From Auanema rhodensis (Eukaryota; Animalia; Nematoda), in contig OZ059894.1 in assembly GCA_964057225.1 (NCBI GenBank), positions 10,602,001 through 10,666,000 of the forward strand: a stretch of 64,000 bases of DNA. The letters are read 5' to 3'. Positions within the stretch are counted from its first letter, which is position 1. Each line of letters opens with the position of its first letter. The notes beneath the pieces were generated by a model. It had not been told where the DNA came from. It worked only from the letters and a program-made list of their open reading frames with translations, and did not search any database. A program made the translations under genes and the position numbers. This document shows positions 11,588-23,053 of this stretch, piece after piece.

Positions 11588-13025
11588 ATGTTTAAAGAAG
11601 TAATTCTATTATGTGCCATCAGTAGTCACGTATATGCTGAAATAAGTGGGCCAATTAGCTCTGATTTCCGCAGTTGGCTATCAAGGTTTGTTTCATTTCC
11701 CAGCTAACCAAATTAGTATACCTTCAAATATTAAATAATTAAGAAAATATTTAAGTATAAGAAAATAATTAAATGCTTTAGTATTAGCTAATTGTCTGTA
11801 AAAACTAATAGTTTAGAAACAACTACGAAGCCGATAATTTTGCCCGTGACGATTATGCAGTTAAAGGAAGCTTTGGAGGTAAAACCAAATCAGCTAATAC
11901 TGTATGTTAAAGATAAATTGTACTTGTTAACTAGAAAAAACTCTTTAAGGTTTTTAACACTCCTGTAATATTCGTTCATGGAAATTCTGATTCTGCTTTA
12001 AAGACAAACAAGGATGCAACAGGCTGGGATAACAGCATCCAAGTAAGTATTCTGATGTTGAGCCGTGTATACGGTCATTCAAACTACCATATTCATTCTA
12101 TTATCTGATTATTTATTAAGCATTTCCTGAGCAAAGGGTACACGTCAGCGGAGCTTTATGCTACTTCTTGGGGAGATAACAAAGCTTTAAATGCAGGCAC
12201 AAGGTACGGTAGAATACACAATGACATTTCCACAACACGTTGTCACCACATGGCCAGACGATACTATATGAGGCTTTTTTTCCAGAACTCATAATTGCCA
12301 TGATGTTCAAAGACTTCGTCGATTCATTCTAGCTATCCTGAGCTACACCCAGAAACCAAAAGTTTCAGTTGTTACCCATTCTATGGGAGTCACCTTAATG
12401 AGAAAAGCCATCTTAGGAGGAAAACTCTCCGGAGATGATGGTTTGTAGTGCGTTTTATTTCTTGAATCAAGTTAATATGCAGGAACCTGTGATTTGGGAG
12501 AATCGTTGGGTGATAAGGTTGAAGTTTTCCTTGGGATTTCCGGAGCAAACTATGGTTTATGTACATGTGAAGGAACAGGCACTATGCAACATACATGTAA
12601 TAAAAAGGTATTGAAGATTGGTATCCTGTTAATCATGTGTTTTAAAATTCTTCAGAATGGTCTATTTCCTGGAGACAGCTGTGGTATGAATTATTTGACT
12701 TGTGGAATGAAGCCCCTGCCGTGGCCTTGTAAAGATATTTCATATTCATCATTCCTTATGAATATGAATGAAAGCCCTTCTCATCTAGCTGATTATATCT
12801 TCTCAGTGTGGAGTCATAGTAAGCTATTCGTTGCAATAATTGCACAACTAACGTCGACCCTCAGGTGATACTCTAATTGGCTATGATAACGAAGTATGGG
12901 CACGTCCAACATCTCTGATTCCTCAATCAACTGGCAGAAAAATCTATGACATATACTCTCACATGCAAACAAAAGAACTAACTTTCGAAGACCAGTATAA
13001 CATGGTCAAAATGCACTCAATTTGA
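11588..13025 (+). CDS. Secreted class-2 lipase (nematode lips family)
   Basis: Signal peptide MFKEVILLCAISSHVYA, PVIFVHGNSD, nucleophile elbow VTHSMGVTL, FLGISGANYG and HMQTKE; spliced ORF is intact. Confidence 0.9.
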
Positions 13026-13700
13026 TTTTATTGAAACAAAAGAAACATATATTCAAAGATGTTTATATATAATGATGTTGTAATAACTGTACACAAACAC
13101 CTTAAACCACAATTCCTATAAGAAAAAAAAATTATAAACAATAATTGTTTTGTTGAGATAATAAAGTTGAATCCTTTCTATTCTAGGAAATTTAAGTTCA
13201 ATTCAGGATAGGGTTCAACACTATATTTTGAATTATGAATGTATATATTGTATATATTGTATATCAATTATAATTATAATTATAGTTTTAATTTGTTTTG
13301 TAGATACATGTGTAATAAAGAAAATTCCATTAAACTTTTCAAACTTATTTCAATTTGAGTTTTTTTGTTTATGAGAAAATGATTAGAGTTCATAATCGGC
13401 TTATTCATGAAGTTGAGAAGATTCATTACTCTTACTTTGAAATCAAAAATCAAAATATCATTATATCGCCAGGAGATAAGAAATAAAATTACACGTGGTT
13501 TCTTCTTGTAAAGGATTATGTGACTCCATGATTCACTTAGGCAAAAGTTCAGAAACAGACAAGACGAATAACATTTTTTTGTAAAAAAAACGTTCTTGGT
13601 CTTGTCGGTTAAGCTCAGAATTTAAAGATTGAATTCAGACCGAAAAAATTGCGGTGAACGATGAAGCTTTAGCTATTCAGGAAACTACCAACGGCAAAAA

Positions 13701-14122
13701 ATGTTCAAAACAGAAGTAGTTAGCAGTATTTCTGTTGGCAACCGTTTCATAGAAACAACTTTGATGTGTTCAGTTAGAATAAACGGGAGCAGATGGTATG
13801 TTGATCTTTTCGTAAATTTTGTTTAATAATCAAAGTTTAGATTTCTGCTTGTGCAGCCCTTCTTATTTACCGCATTCATCCCCAAAAAACAGCTTTGTTA
13901 GGTATCATCCTATTGGGTTGGTAGCTTTTGTTTTTCATAATAAATAATGATTTGTTATAGTTTTGTGTTGGGTCATTTTGCTGACGCAATCAAATTCTCC
14001 GAATCTTAACAATATTATTTCAACACCAAGCTTCACAGAGAGTACATCAACAACAATACAAGAGTATGAAAAGATTTAAAAAAATACAAGGACATACAGT
14101 TTTACTTTTCAGTGAAATATAA
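13701..14122 (+). CDS. Small single-TM protein, unknown (start 13701 or 13793)
   Basis: GT-AG spliced ORF ...MISACAALLIYRIHPQKTALLGIILLVLCWVILLTQSNSPNLNNIISTPSFTESTSTTIQDEI*. Confidence 0.4.
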
Positions 14123-14427
14123 TTGAACTGAGCGTGCGATGAACGATATTTCTACGTAATTTTTGGTCTTGTACTTTAATTATATGGTTTTGTATATATA
14201 TGTATATTACATAATTACATTACATTGATAGTTAATAGCTTTTGAATTTATAACATTCATATGTATATTGAGCTTGAGATCTTGAAATGTTAAAGCATTT
14301 GTTATGTCATAATCACATGGATTTTGAGGATTAAATTAAAAATGTATATATATGAGAATTTCAATTTTGAAACAGAAATTATTATTTTATTCTATTCCAG
14401 TAGAGAAAAGGGCGCATAACTTGGAAT

Positions 14428-14441
14428 GTCGTCATGGTAAC
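14428..14441. promoter_or_regulatory. X-box consensus match, target gene unclear
   Basis: GTCGTCATGGTAAC, 13/14 identical to the BBIP1 X-box. Confidence 0.5.
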
Positions 14442-15648
14442 TTTATAACAAGTAATGAATTAAATTTATAAGGTAAATCATCAAATCAATATTGTTTTAT
14501 TTTTATTTAAATAATGAAGTTACTACTTCATTACCATATTTTCACGTGAAAATGCTATAGTAAAATGATTTCAAATTGACGTGAAGTAGTATATAGTGCA
14601 TACATGATGCAATCTTGACTGGTGGTCATTTTATTTTCTTTCCCTTAACTTTGATTGAGTAAATCTTTTTTTTCTTCTCATTTCTGCTAAACTCTTTAAA
14701 AGGTTTTAATTATTTGTGTTAGATTACTTAATAAGTTGAAGTGATAATTATATACCACGAATAGATTTGAGTTTATTTATAGAATCTATTATAAATAACG
14801 GAAAAAATAATATACATATGATTTATGCATATCATATATACCACAAATGAGATTTTTGCACATAACAGCAAGATCGAATAGATCACAAGTTGCTATGGGA
14901 ATTGAAACATATACATAGTGGAACTCATTGTACTTGGTATATGTACATGTATATATACATACATATATGTGTATATTATATGGATACGGTAAAATGTTAT
15001 ATATTTTTTTCTTAATATCACTTGTTAGACCAACATATAAATTATTGAAGTCTAGTTACGAAACTAGATGTAATAGTTATGTAATATATACATATAGTAT
15101 GTATAATTAAGTTTGAAATATCATTAATGAATAAGTTTGGAAAATGCTATAACTAAAGGTGAAGTATGTCATGTATGTAGATAAAATATTTATTTTCTAA
15201 TGATCAAAAGATAATTGATGATATGAATGAAAACCTATAATATACATATATAATATATACAAATACATCTTCTTATACAAATCTTGTATGGTTTCTATTA
15301 TATGATTGTTTGGTTTCTTTTCATAATCAACTATCTTGCTTCAAATTTTCTATGAAAAACTCACAATCTCACATTCGAGACAATACAAGGGGATTGGTTG
15401 CTTACCTACATTCATTTATTTCTTTTTTAAAAAAAATAAGATTTTCTCTTTTTAGTATTTGTGATCAACTTCATAAAACATGTAAAAGTTTGCATTTGAA
15501 ACTTTTTGCTATATCTCTTCTATATCAAAAAATAACAATATGTTATCACTTTTTTTTTTGAAATTTTCAGATACAGAATTTTTCAGCCTGTGCACGAAAA
15601 TCAGCTTGAGTTTTTATGCTTATAATTAGGAGGGTAGGTGGTGAACAG

Positions 15649-15651
<3 letters not shown>

Positions 15652-15702
<51 letters not shown>
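15652..15702. repeat. (GA)n microsatellite
   Basis: About 25 units seen directly. Confidence 0.95.
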
Positions 15703-15705
<3 letters not shown>

Positions 15706-16086
15706 AGAGAGCCAATCAGAGCAACAGCTGAAAACTAATTTTCCGTTTTAGTTTTAATCAAAAGGTTTCGAGCATATTTGTGAAAAAAAGTTATTTTTCC
15801 CATAGCAAAGGATTCGGCACATGTACATCTATATATACATCTGTATGTATTCTGATAGTTTTCCATAGAGATTTTTATTATTTTAAATTATTTTATATAA
15901 TTTACTGTATGAAATAGTTTAATAATTTATTTATATTCTCAAAAATTTCCTTTTTTGAAAATTTATCATGAAAACAATTCATTGCACTTTGCGTTTTGAT
16001 TAAAAAAAGATATTCCGCATGATGAAATTTATATAATAATTGAATTTACTTTCAAACTAACTACGCTGATGTTCCTTCTGCCATCT

Positions 16087-16091
<5 letters not shown>

Positions 16092-16147
<56 letters not shown>
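16092..16147. repeat. (CT)n microsatellite
   Basis: About 28 units seen directly. Confidence 0.95.
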
Positions 16148-16149
<2 letters not shown>

Positions 16150-16349
16150 ATTTTTCACTTTCTCTCTTTTTCATTTTTTATATACTATATCTATTTGCAT
16201 ATACAGTCATGTGCGATGAAAGTCGGACATTCATTAGAAACCTCAGATCTTTTTACAGAAACTACAAAATTTCAGAAAAAACAATATTTTGCTTGTTAAA
16301 CAACCCTATTGAATTTAGAAAAATCCCGAAAAAATACAATTAATCCTGT

Positions 16350-16951
16350 TTAAAAGTATTTTCTGGGATTTCCTATATTCTCAATAACTGCTTGAAGCCT
16401 TCTGGCTTGGATTCCACGACTTTCTTCAAGACTTCTGACATAATTTTCTTCTAGGACTATATATATATATATATAGACTTATATATTCATATCAACGTAT
16501 TTCAAAATTTCTTACACGATTTACGAAAGTAATCACCTTCTATTGAACCGTTAACCCAGGTGCTAATGAATAGTTTTCATGACATTTTGCTATAGAAAGT
16601 TAAATATGCTAAAGAAATATTTCATTTTCTCTGGAACCTCTTAAGCTGTCTTGCTACCTCTGAGGGGTGTGTGAGCTCGTTGAGCGAAATCACAAGATCT
16701 CCAGATGTGAAATCATGCTACCACATTTGGAAAATTAGAGGCGGTACTTGCAATCAGTGCTCCTCATTCATTGCATTCGAAGTCTGTCTTTCTCTAATAC
16801 CAGCCTCGAGCTCCTCCTCCTGCCTCCTTTCTGCCATTATCTGCACCACATAGCTCTGTTTCTGCCGCTTGATTTCAGATTTCAGGCCCTGCGTTGTTGC
16901 CCATTTCACAACAAGTTTTGTTATTTTCAATAAGCTCATTTCTATTTTCAA
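16350..16951 (-). mobile_element. Degenerate Tc1/mariner-type transposase remnant
   Basis: LEENYVRSLEESRGIQARRLQAVIENIGNPRKY* resembles the Tc1 C-terminus (LIDSMPRRCQAVIDANGYATKY). WVNGSIEGDYFRK resembles the G.M....Y..IL segment. Interrupted by stops, and no TIRs were found. Confidence 0.45.
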
Positions 16952-17114
16952 ATTATAAAAAGAATAGCGAATAAAGACTTTGCAAGCTCAAGTAGAACAC
17001 GTATATTCTTTCGCTCATTACTCTTCTCATGCAAACGTTTCTACTTTTTGAATTATTCTTAAACATCATTTGTATTTTCAACTTACAGCCTTTTCAGCGT
17101 TACTAAACTTCAAC

Positions 17115-18563
17115 ATGTCCCAATTGACAATTGCCGGTGTCTTGATACTCTTACCTACAATCTTAGCTCTCCAATGCCATCAAGTTTCAACTCCACTGAG
17201 GTTGACTGATCCTATCACCTCTCAAGCTATGGTATGTAATGAAGTATAGAATAAGCAAACAACAGCTAATTTTAATGTTTTTACTACTTCATACCTAACT
17301 AAGTTGTAAAGAACGAAATAAATTTTATTTGGCAAATGTTAGAATGATAATAAGATTTGTCGCAAATTGCTTTATATTATAGAAATTCATTTACTTGAAC
17401 TTGAAAAACATATTACACAACTTCTATTATTCAAAATCATACATTCTGATTTTTCTATTTTAGGAATGCGGATTTAATGCTCTATCTTGTGTCAAGGTTG
17501 TTGATATGACTAATGGACAGTATACCAAAGCTTGTCAATACACCAACTGCACTAGCGTAAGAAACTTCTTTTTCAAAACATTATTTAACACAGAAACTAA
17601 TACTCCAAGTTATATAAGCTTTCCAAATAATAATTCTCCTCTATTTATAATAAAGGAGTGATTGAAGGAACTAAAGGGTTTCACAGAGATTAGAAAGTTT
17701 GCTCCTCTGAGACCTTGTTTAACAACCTGAATAAAATTCTCAATTTCATTTCCTGTAAAACGATATCATTGAAAAGAGAAATCTTGGGTTTGCTCACATA
17801 TATACATGTAATTACGATGATATATCGTGAGATAAAGTGATACAGAGAGAAAGAAAAAGTATGAGAATTTGAGGGAAAGAGTGAGAGAACAACGAAGGAA
17901 GTTGAGCACATTATGACAGTTGCCATGGTTTCGTTGAGTGAATGTAAGTGATAGCAATAGATTGCCAAGATACAGAGAAAAGGAAAAAAGCAACGAGAAA
18001 GAGTATTGCATAAGAGGAAATATATGAGAGGAATGTGAAATGAAATTCAATTTCATAGTTAACGTATGAATATTATCAATTACTAACTCATTTTGAAATA
18101 TTTAGAAATAGCCGGAAACGAATAAACCTTTTCTGAAACAAATTACTATTAATTCATTTACATACTTTATTTGCAAATTATACATAAACACAGCAGCTTG
18201 AGTTGTAGGTCCTATGATTTTCAAATATGACTGAGTTTCATTTGAAATAGGTCATTTTGTACATTCGCTGCAGGACAAATTAAAAAAATTTAAATCTTAT
18301 ATATCATCTTTCTTTACAGCCAACAGGAACCACCAATCAACCAGCTCAATGTTTCAACACCTCTGGACAAACTGGACGCGAAACTTACAATTGCTGTTGC
18401 TATGGAAACGGGTAAGTTGAAGTTTATGAAAACTGACTCTTGATCAGGCAAAATTGAAATAATTATAATTTATTTTAGTTGTAATGCTGCTCCTCAAAAT
18501 ACAGTTCTTGGAGCTCTTGCTGGTACTTTGGTCTTGTTTGGAGCATCAAAGTTCTTCTTCTAA
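17115..18563 (+). CDS. Ly-6/uPAR (three-finger) GPI-anchored protein, 4 exons
   Basis: MSQLTIAGVLILLPTILA-LQCHQ...ECGFNALSCVK...KACQYTNCTS...QCFN...NCCCYGNGCN plus hydrophobic tail; 10 Cys. Confidence 0.88.
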
Positions 18564-20864
18564 AGGAAACAGATGATTGTCTACCGTAGCCAACGATTGC
18601 TCCAATGTTTTACATATAAATTACTTTACATCTAAACATATTTATATATGTAAAACTACCTCAATCATTTGAAAAACTTTTTGTTTTTAGTATTTATCAT
18701 ACCTCAAGTTTAGTTTTGAAAAATACTAATGAAAAAAGAAAATTCTTTCACTCTTCCTTTTCAAGTATATTATCTTCTTTATCATGCCAGTTAATCATTC
18801 ATTTATACATATAATATATATTAATATTTATTATATAATTCCATATATATACATTTACATATATGACATAATTGTATCAATTATTTCTTCATCTCTATCT
18901 ATCTTCTTTAATTAATAATATTTTATATTTTTATTCTATAATATTCAATATATATATTTTTTTAAAAACTCTTCTTTTTCTATCATCTATATACATCTAT
19001 CTCCCTTTCTATATATTTTGTATCGTAACTATTAATTGTATTTGAATTAAATTATAATAAACAGCTGAAACAAAAAAAAACTAATTAATTATATTATAAT
19101 ATATATTTTTTTTGCATATATATACATATACATGTATAATTATATGTAAAAAAATATAAAAAAAAGTTTAAGAAAGTGGAAATAAATTGTTTTGTAAGGT
19201 TTCAAGAAAACAAAACAAACATTTTCAAGTATTATTGTTCAAATACCATACAAGCATATGTATCAAATATTCAAATTTTTCATTTTTAATTGAAAATAAA
19301 TGAAAATCGGTTGTATCAAAAAGAAAAAGAAAAAATTAGAATAAACAATGAAATGATGTTTTAAAAACTTGTTAGAAATACATATATAATTATACAATAC
19401 TATATGTTATATGTAGATACATATAGTATATCTTGAGAATAGAATATAAATATATTTACATATTTATATATAATTTTGTCTTCATTATTCAAAATAAAAC
19501 ATTTTTTTTGATTGAAATGCTAAAAAAAACATTTGAAAAATATTGTATTATTGATAATTTTTGTATTCATATTTGACAAATTTTTCATTTTTAACTATTC
19601 TATATAAACAATTTCTTCTTCTTTTTTTTGCAGGTATGGATGAATGTATATAAATATATTTTGTATAAATAATATATATATATATATATATTTCTATAGA
19701 TTATTATACATATATCTTAACTAAATAATCATCCCTGAGGGTGTTGAAGCTAATCTAACACTTACCTTATAATTTTTATTTTTATATAACATTTGATAAT
19801 TGATCAAACAAGCGTATGATAAAATGAAATATTTTTACTATACAATAATAGAATAATTTATTCTTATCATCTAGTATAGTATAAAGATATACATATGTGT
19901 TATGCATAGAAATATTTCAATTTTATATTTTTAAATAATTTATTTTTCAACCTATTTGAATATATAAAATATATATAATTATTATGCATCATTTTCAATT
20001 TCAAATACCTATAATATCCGTTGTTTAATCACTAAGTCTTTTAATTGTACATGTTATATAACATATATCTATATATACTATATACTATATTATTAACTAT
20101 TTTAATATAACATTCCACCCCTTTACATCTATTCATTCAACTAATATTTTACTATAAATGAAAGATTTCATTTCTCATTTATATCTTTCTTTTACTTTAT
20201 AGCAACTTCTCAATATTAATTTCATATTTTTTGAATTATTTTTATTTATTTTTCACTAAATATTTTGATTTATTACATGTACATATATATGTATTTGTTT
20301 TTTATTTTATTTACTAAAAATATGTTAAAAGCTTTTGCGTTCACAATACAATCTCTAGATCAATATTCATACAACATATAGTAAATTTTTCATTTAAATA
20401 TTGTAATTTTAAACCTTTAAAACTAAAGAAATTTGAAAATTTTGATGAAATGATGCTTTTGAGAACTCGAATATTAGGTGTTGCTATGGGAGATTAAGCC
20501 TCCTTTTCGGTAAATAATCTCTTCATCTGTCTGTATTTCTTTCTTTATCTATTTTCATCTACATATATGTATGTTTATCTCTTCTACTTTGTTCATTCTT
20601 ATTTGAAAGAACTGTTTTGAAGATATTCAATGTAATTTTTCAGAAATTTCATTACATCTGAAAGATAGAAATATCAAAATCTAATATAGCTGTTCTCGTC
20701 TATGATCAACATGTATTTTCCCAAATACTTTTACAACATTTTCTGTTAAATATGATTACCTTTTTCCTCAAAATAATAATATAATATGAATTCAAAATTA
20801 CTATTTTAACTATATTATTGATAAAAAGTTTATTTATATATCTGATTCATCCTGTCTATTTCAG

Positions 20865-21491
20865 ATGGTGCTGTTCTTTCAAATATTGGTATCATGCATC
20901 TGTTTATTCTCTGTCGCCAGTGGATTACGGTGTTATTTAGAGCAGGGATTCCTGAACCAAACAAATCTTGGAAATCTTACAGTACGTATTCAATTATTCT
21001 TTTTTTTTTAAATTCTTTTATACTTTAAGTTATTGATTAGAATTTATATTTTAAATAATATTATAGGAATGCTTTGGAGTTGCTTATTCATGTACTAAAT
21101 CTGTAAACTATTTTACAGGAACATATTTGAAATCATGTAGTCCAACAAATTGTACTGTGGTCAGTATTTCATTTGTTATTTTTCTGTTTTTATTGTTTAA
21201 TTGAAGTTGTGAGAATGAAGAATGCTTTTCAGCCAACAGCTTTTGACAACTCTCATTACGGACCAGCTGGATGTTACAATACTACCAGAATGCCATCATC
21301 TTCTGGAGAAGTAGTACCTCAAACAGCAACTTGTTGTTGCTATAACGATGGGTAAATCTTTTTGAATATTCCTGCTTTAACTGTCTGTATTCATTTTCAG
21401 TTGCAATAGTTCACCTGTGAACAGCAGATGGATCGTTTCCGTGCTAGTGACGTTGGTTCCCCTCTACCTTGGAAAGTTATATATTCATTAG
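20865..21491 (+). CDS. Ly-6/uPAR (three-finger) GPI-anchored protein, tandem paralog, 4 exons
   Basis: TTTCAG-ATG start; LRCYL...ECFGVAYSCTK...KSCSPTNCTV...GCYN...TCCCYNDGCN plus hydrophobic tail. Same three intron positions as the 17115 gene. Confidence 0.88.
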
Positions 21492-23053
21492 TTTTCAATA
21501 ATCATTTTCCGCTTTTTTTATCATTTTTTATTCCAAAAAATAGCTTTAATTGTTTTAGTTAAGTCCACCAATAATATATATTTATAACAAAGATCTTATA
21601 TAGTACATTTGGCTCAAAACATAATAGTTAGGATTTCCATTTGAATATATAATTCCCATATACTTATACATATTCATATATACATGTGTATATCTAATAA
21701 TTATTTGAATAAAATATTAAAAATTGTTTAAAAAAAAAAGAAAATTAACTATAATATGAAAAAAAACGATAAAAGGTTGAATATAAGGGAAGTAATGTTT
21801 TAATGCTCAGTGAATAGATTGAAAAGATGTAGCTGTATGTGGAAATAATAAGCTCATTTGCTTTATGAAGCAAATGAATGAACAGTTCTACGTTCTTATG
21901 ATAAGCTTAATCGAGACTATGCTGCTAATTAGGTTTTGAAATTTCGTGACATCATCATACTCAAAGAAGGAGTGATGATCAGGGTTTTAGCAATTGTGAT
22001 TATCAATTGGATATGTTCTCATCAATAAATATCTCTGCCATCTGATGTTAAAGATGAAGAAATAATTGAGAGATGAAGTTTAAGAAAGAGATTGTTAGAG
22101 ATAAGTGACAATAGTTAAAAAATATAATTGAAAATGAAGATAATCTGAGAAGTTAAGATATATAAAGTAAAACCTAGGATGGGAGGATGGGAAATGAGAG
22201 ATGCTTTGAGGATACCACAGCAGGGATACAACTAAGTGAAGCTGTAGCATTGAGAGAGAAAAGAAAAATATGAGAAAGAATAGATAGAGGTCCTGTAGTG
22301 ATAGCGAGAAAGAGATCCAAGTGTTGTTTCTTCGGCTGTCTTCTTAGCCTCGTTCTATACTTATGTATCGTTCATAGTGTAATCTGCTCTTTTCTTCTTC
22401 TTCTTATTCTTCTAGCTTTAACTCTTCTTTTCCTTTAGTCTCTACCTATATCTCCCATTCTTTCCCAGTCTCTTTTATCTTTTCTGTCCATCCAACGATA
22501 TACACCCCCTCGTCTTGGATCTGATCCATTTTGCCATCGACAATCTATTCAGCTTTAACAGCCTCACAACTTGTTTCTTACTTATTCTACAGTTCTATTA
22601 GCTATTATTGATTAAAAAGTACATATATTCTATTTATTAAACTATTTATATATTCCATATTTCTTTTTTTAAATTAATTCTCCCAAATTGCTTGAAACTA
22701 TTCTTACTTTCTATGGTTAATATCTTAGAACTTTTAAATTTAACGTATTATCTTTAAAACTTTTTTTTGTTTTCATATTGATTTTTACAAAGAAATTATT
22801 GAGAATTATGTTTCTTTTTCTATTTCTTCTAATTTAATTTAATTTTTTTCTTTTTTAAAACCTTAATTTGGTTTATATGAATACCTCTATTTGTCCTCAC
22901 CATTGCCGTCTTTGTCAGTCAGCTGTTCTCTTTTCTGTTACTAAATCAACTCACATCGATCAGATTACCATTAGACGTTCACTTGACTGACCGTTCCAAT
23001 TGTTTTTTACGAAAAATAAACTTTTTTTTCAGAACAATTCTTTGGCAGCAAAG

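Noticed and set aside
14368-14375. piRNA Ruby motif (CTGTTTCA, minus strand)
   Set aside because: Isolated; other matches I saw are inside exons and there is no cluster.
18396-18409. Perfect X-box GTTGCTATGGAAAC
   Set aside because: Lies in a coding exon and is explained by the Cys-Cys-Tyr-Gly-Asn codons.
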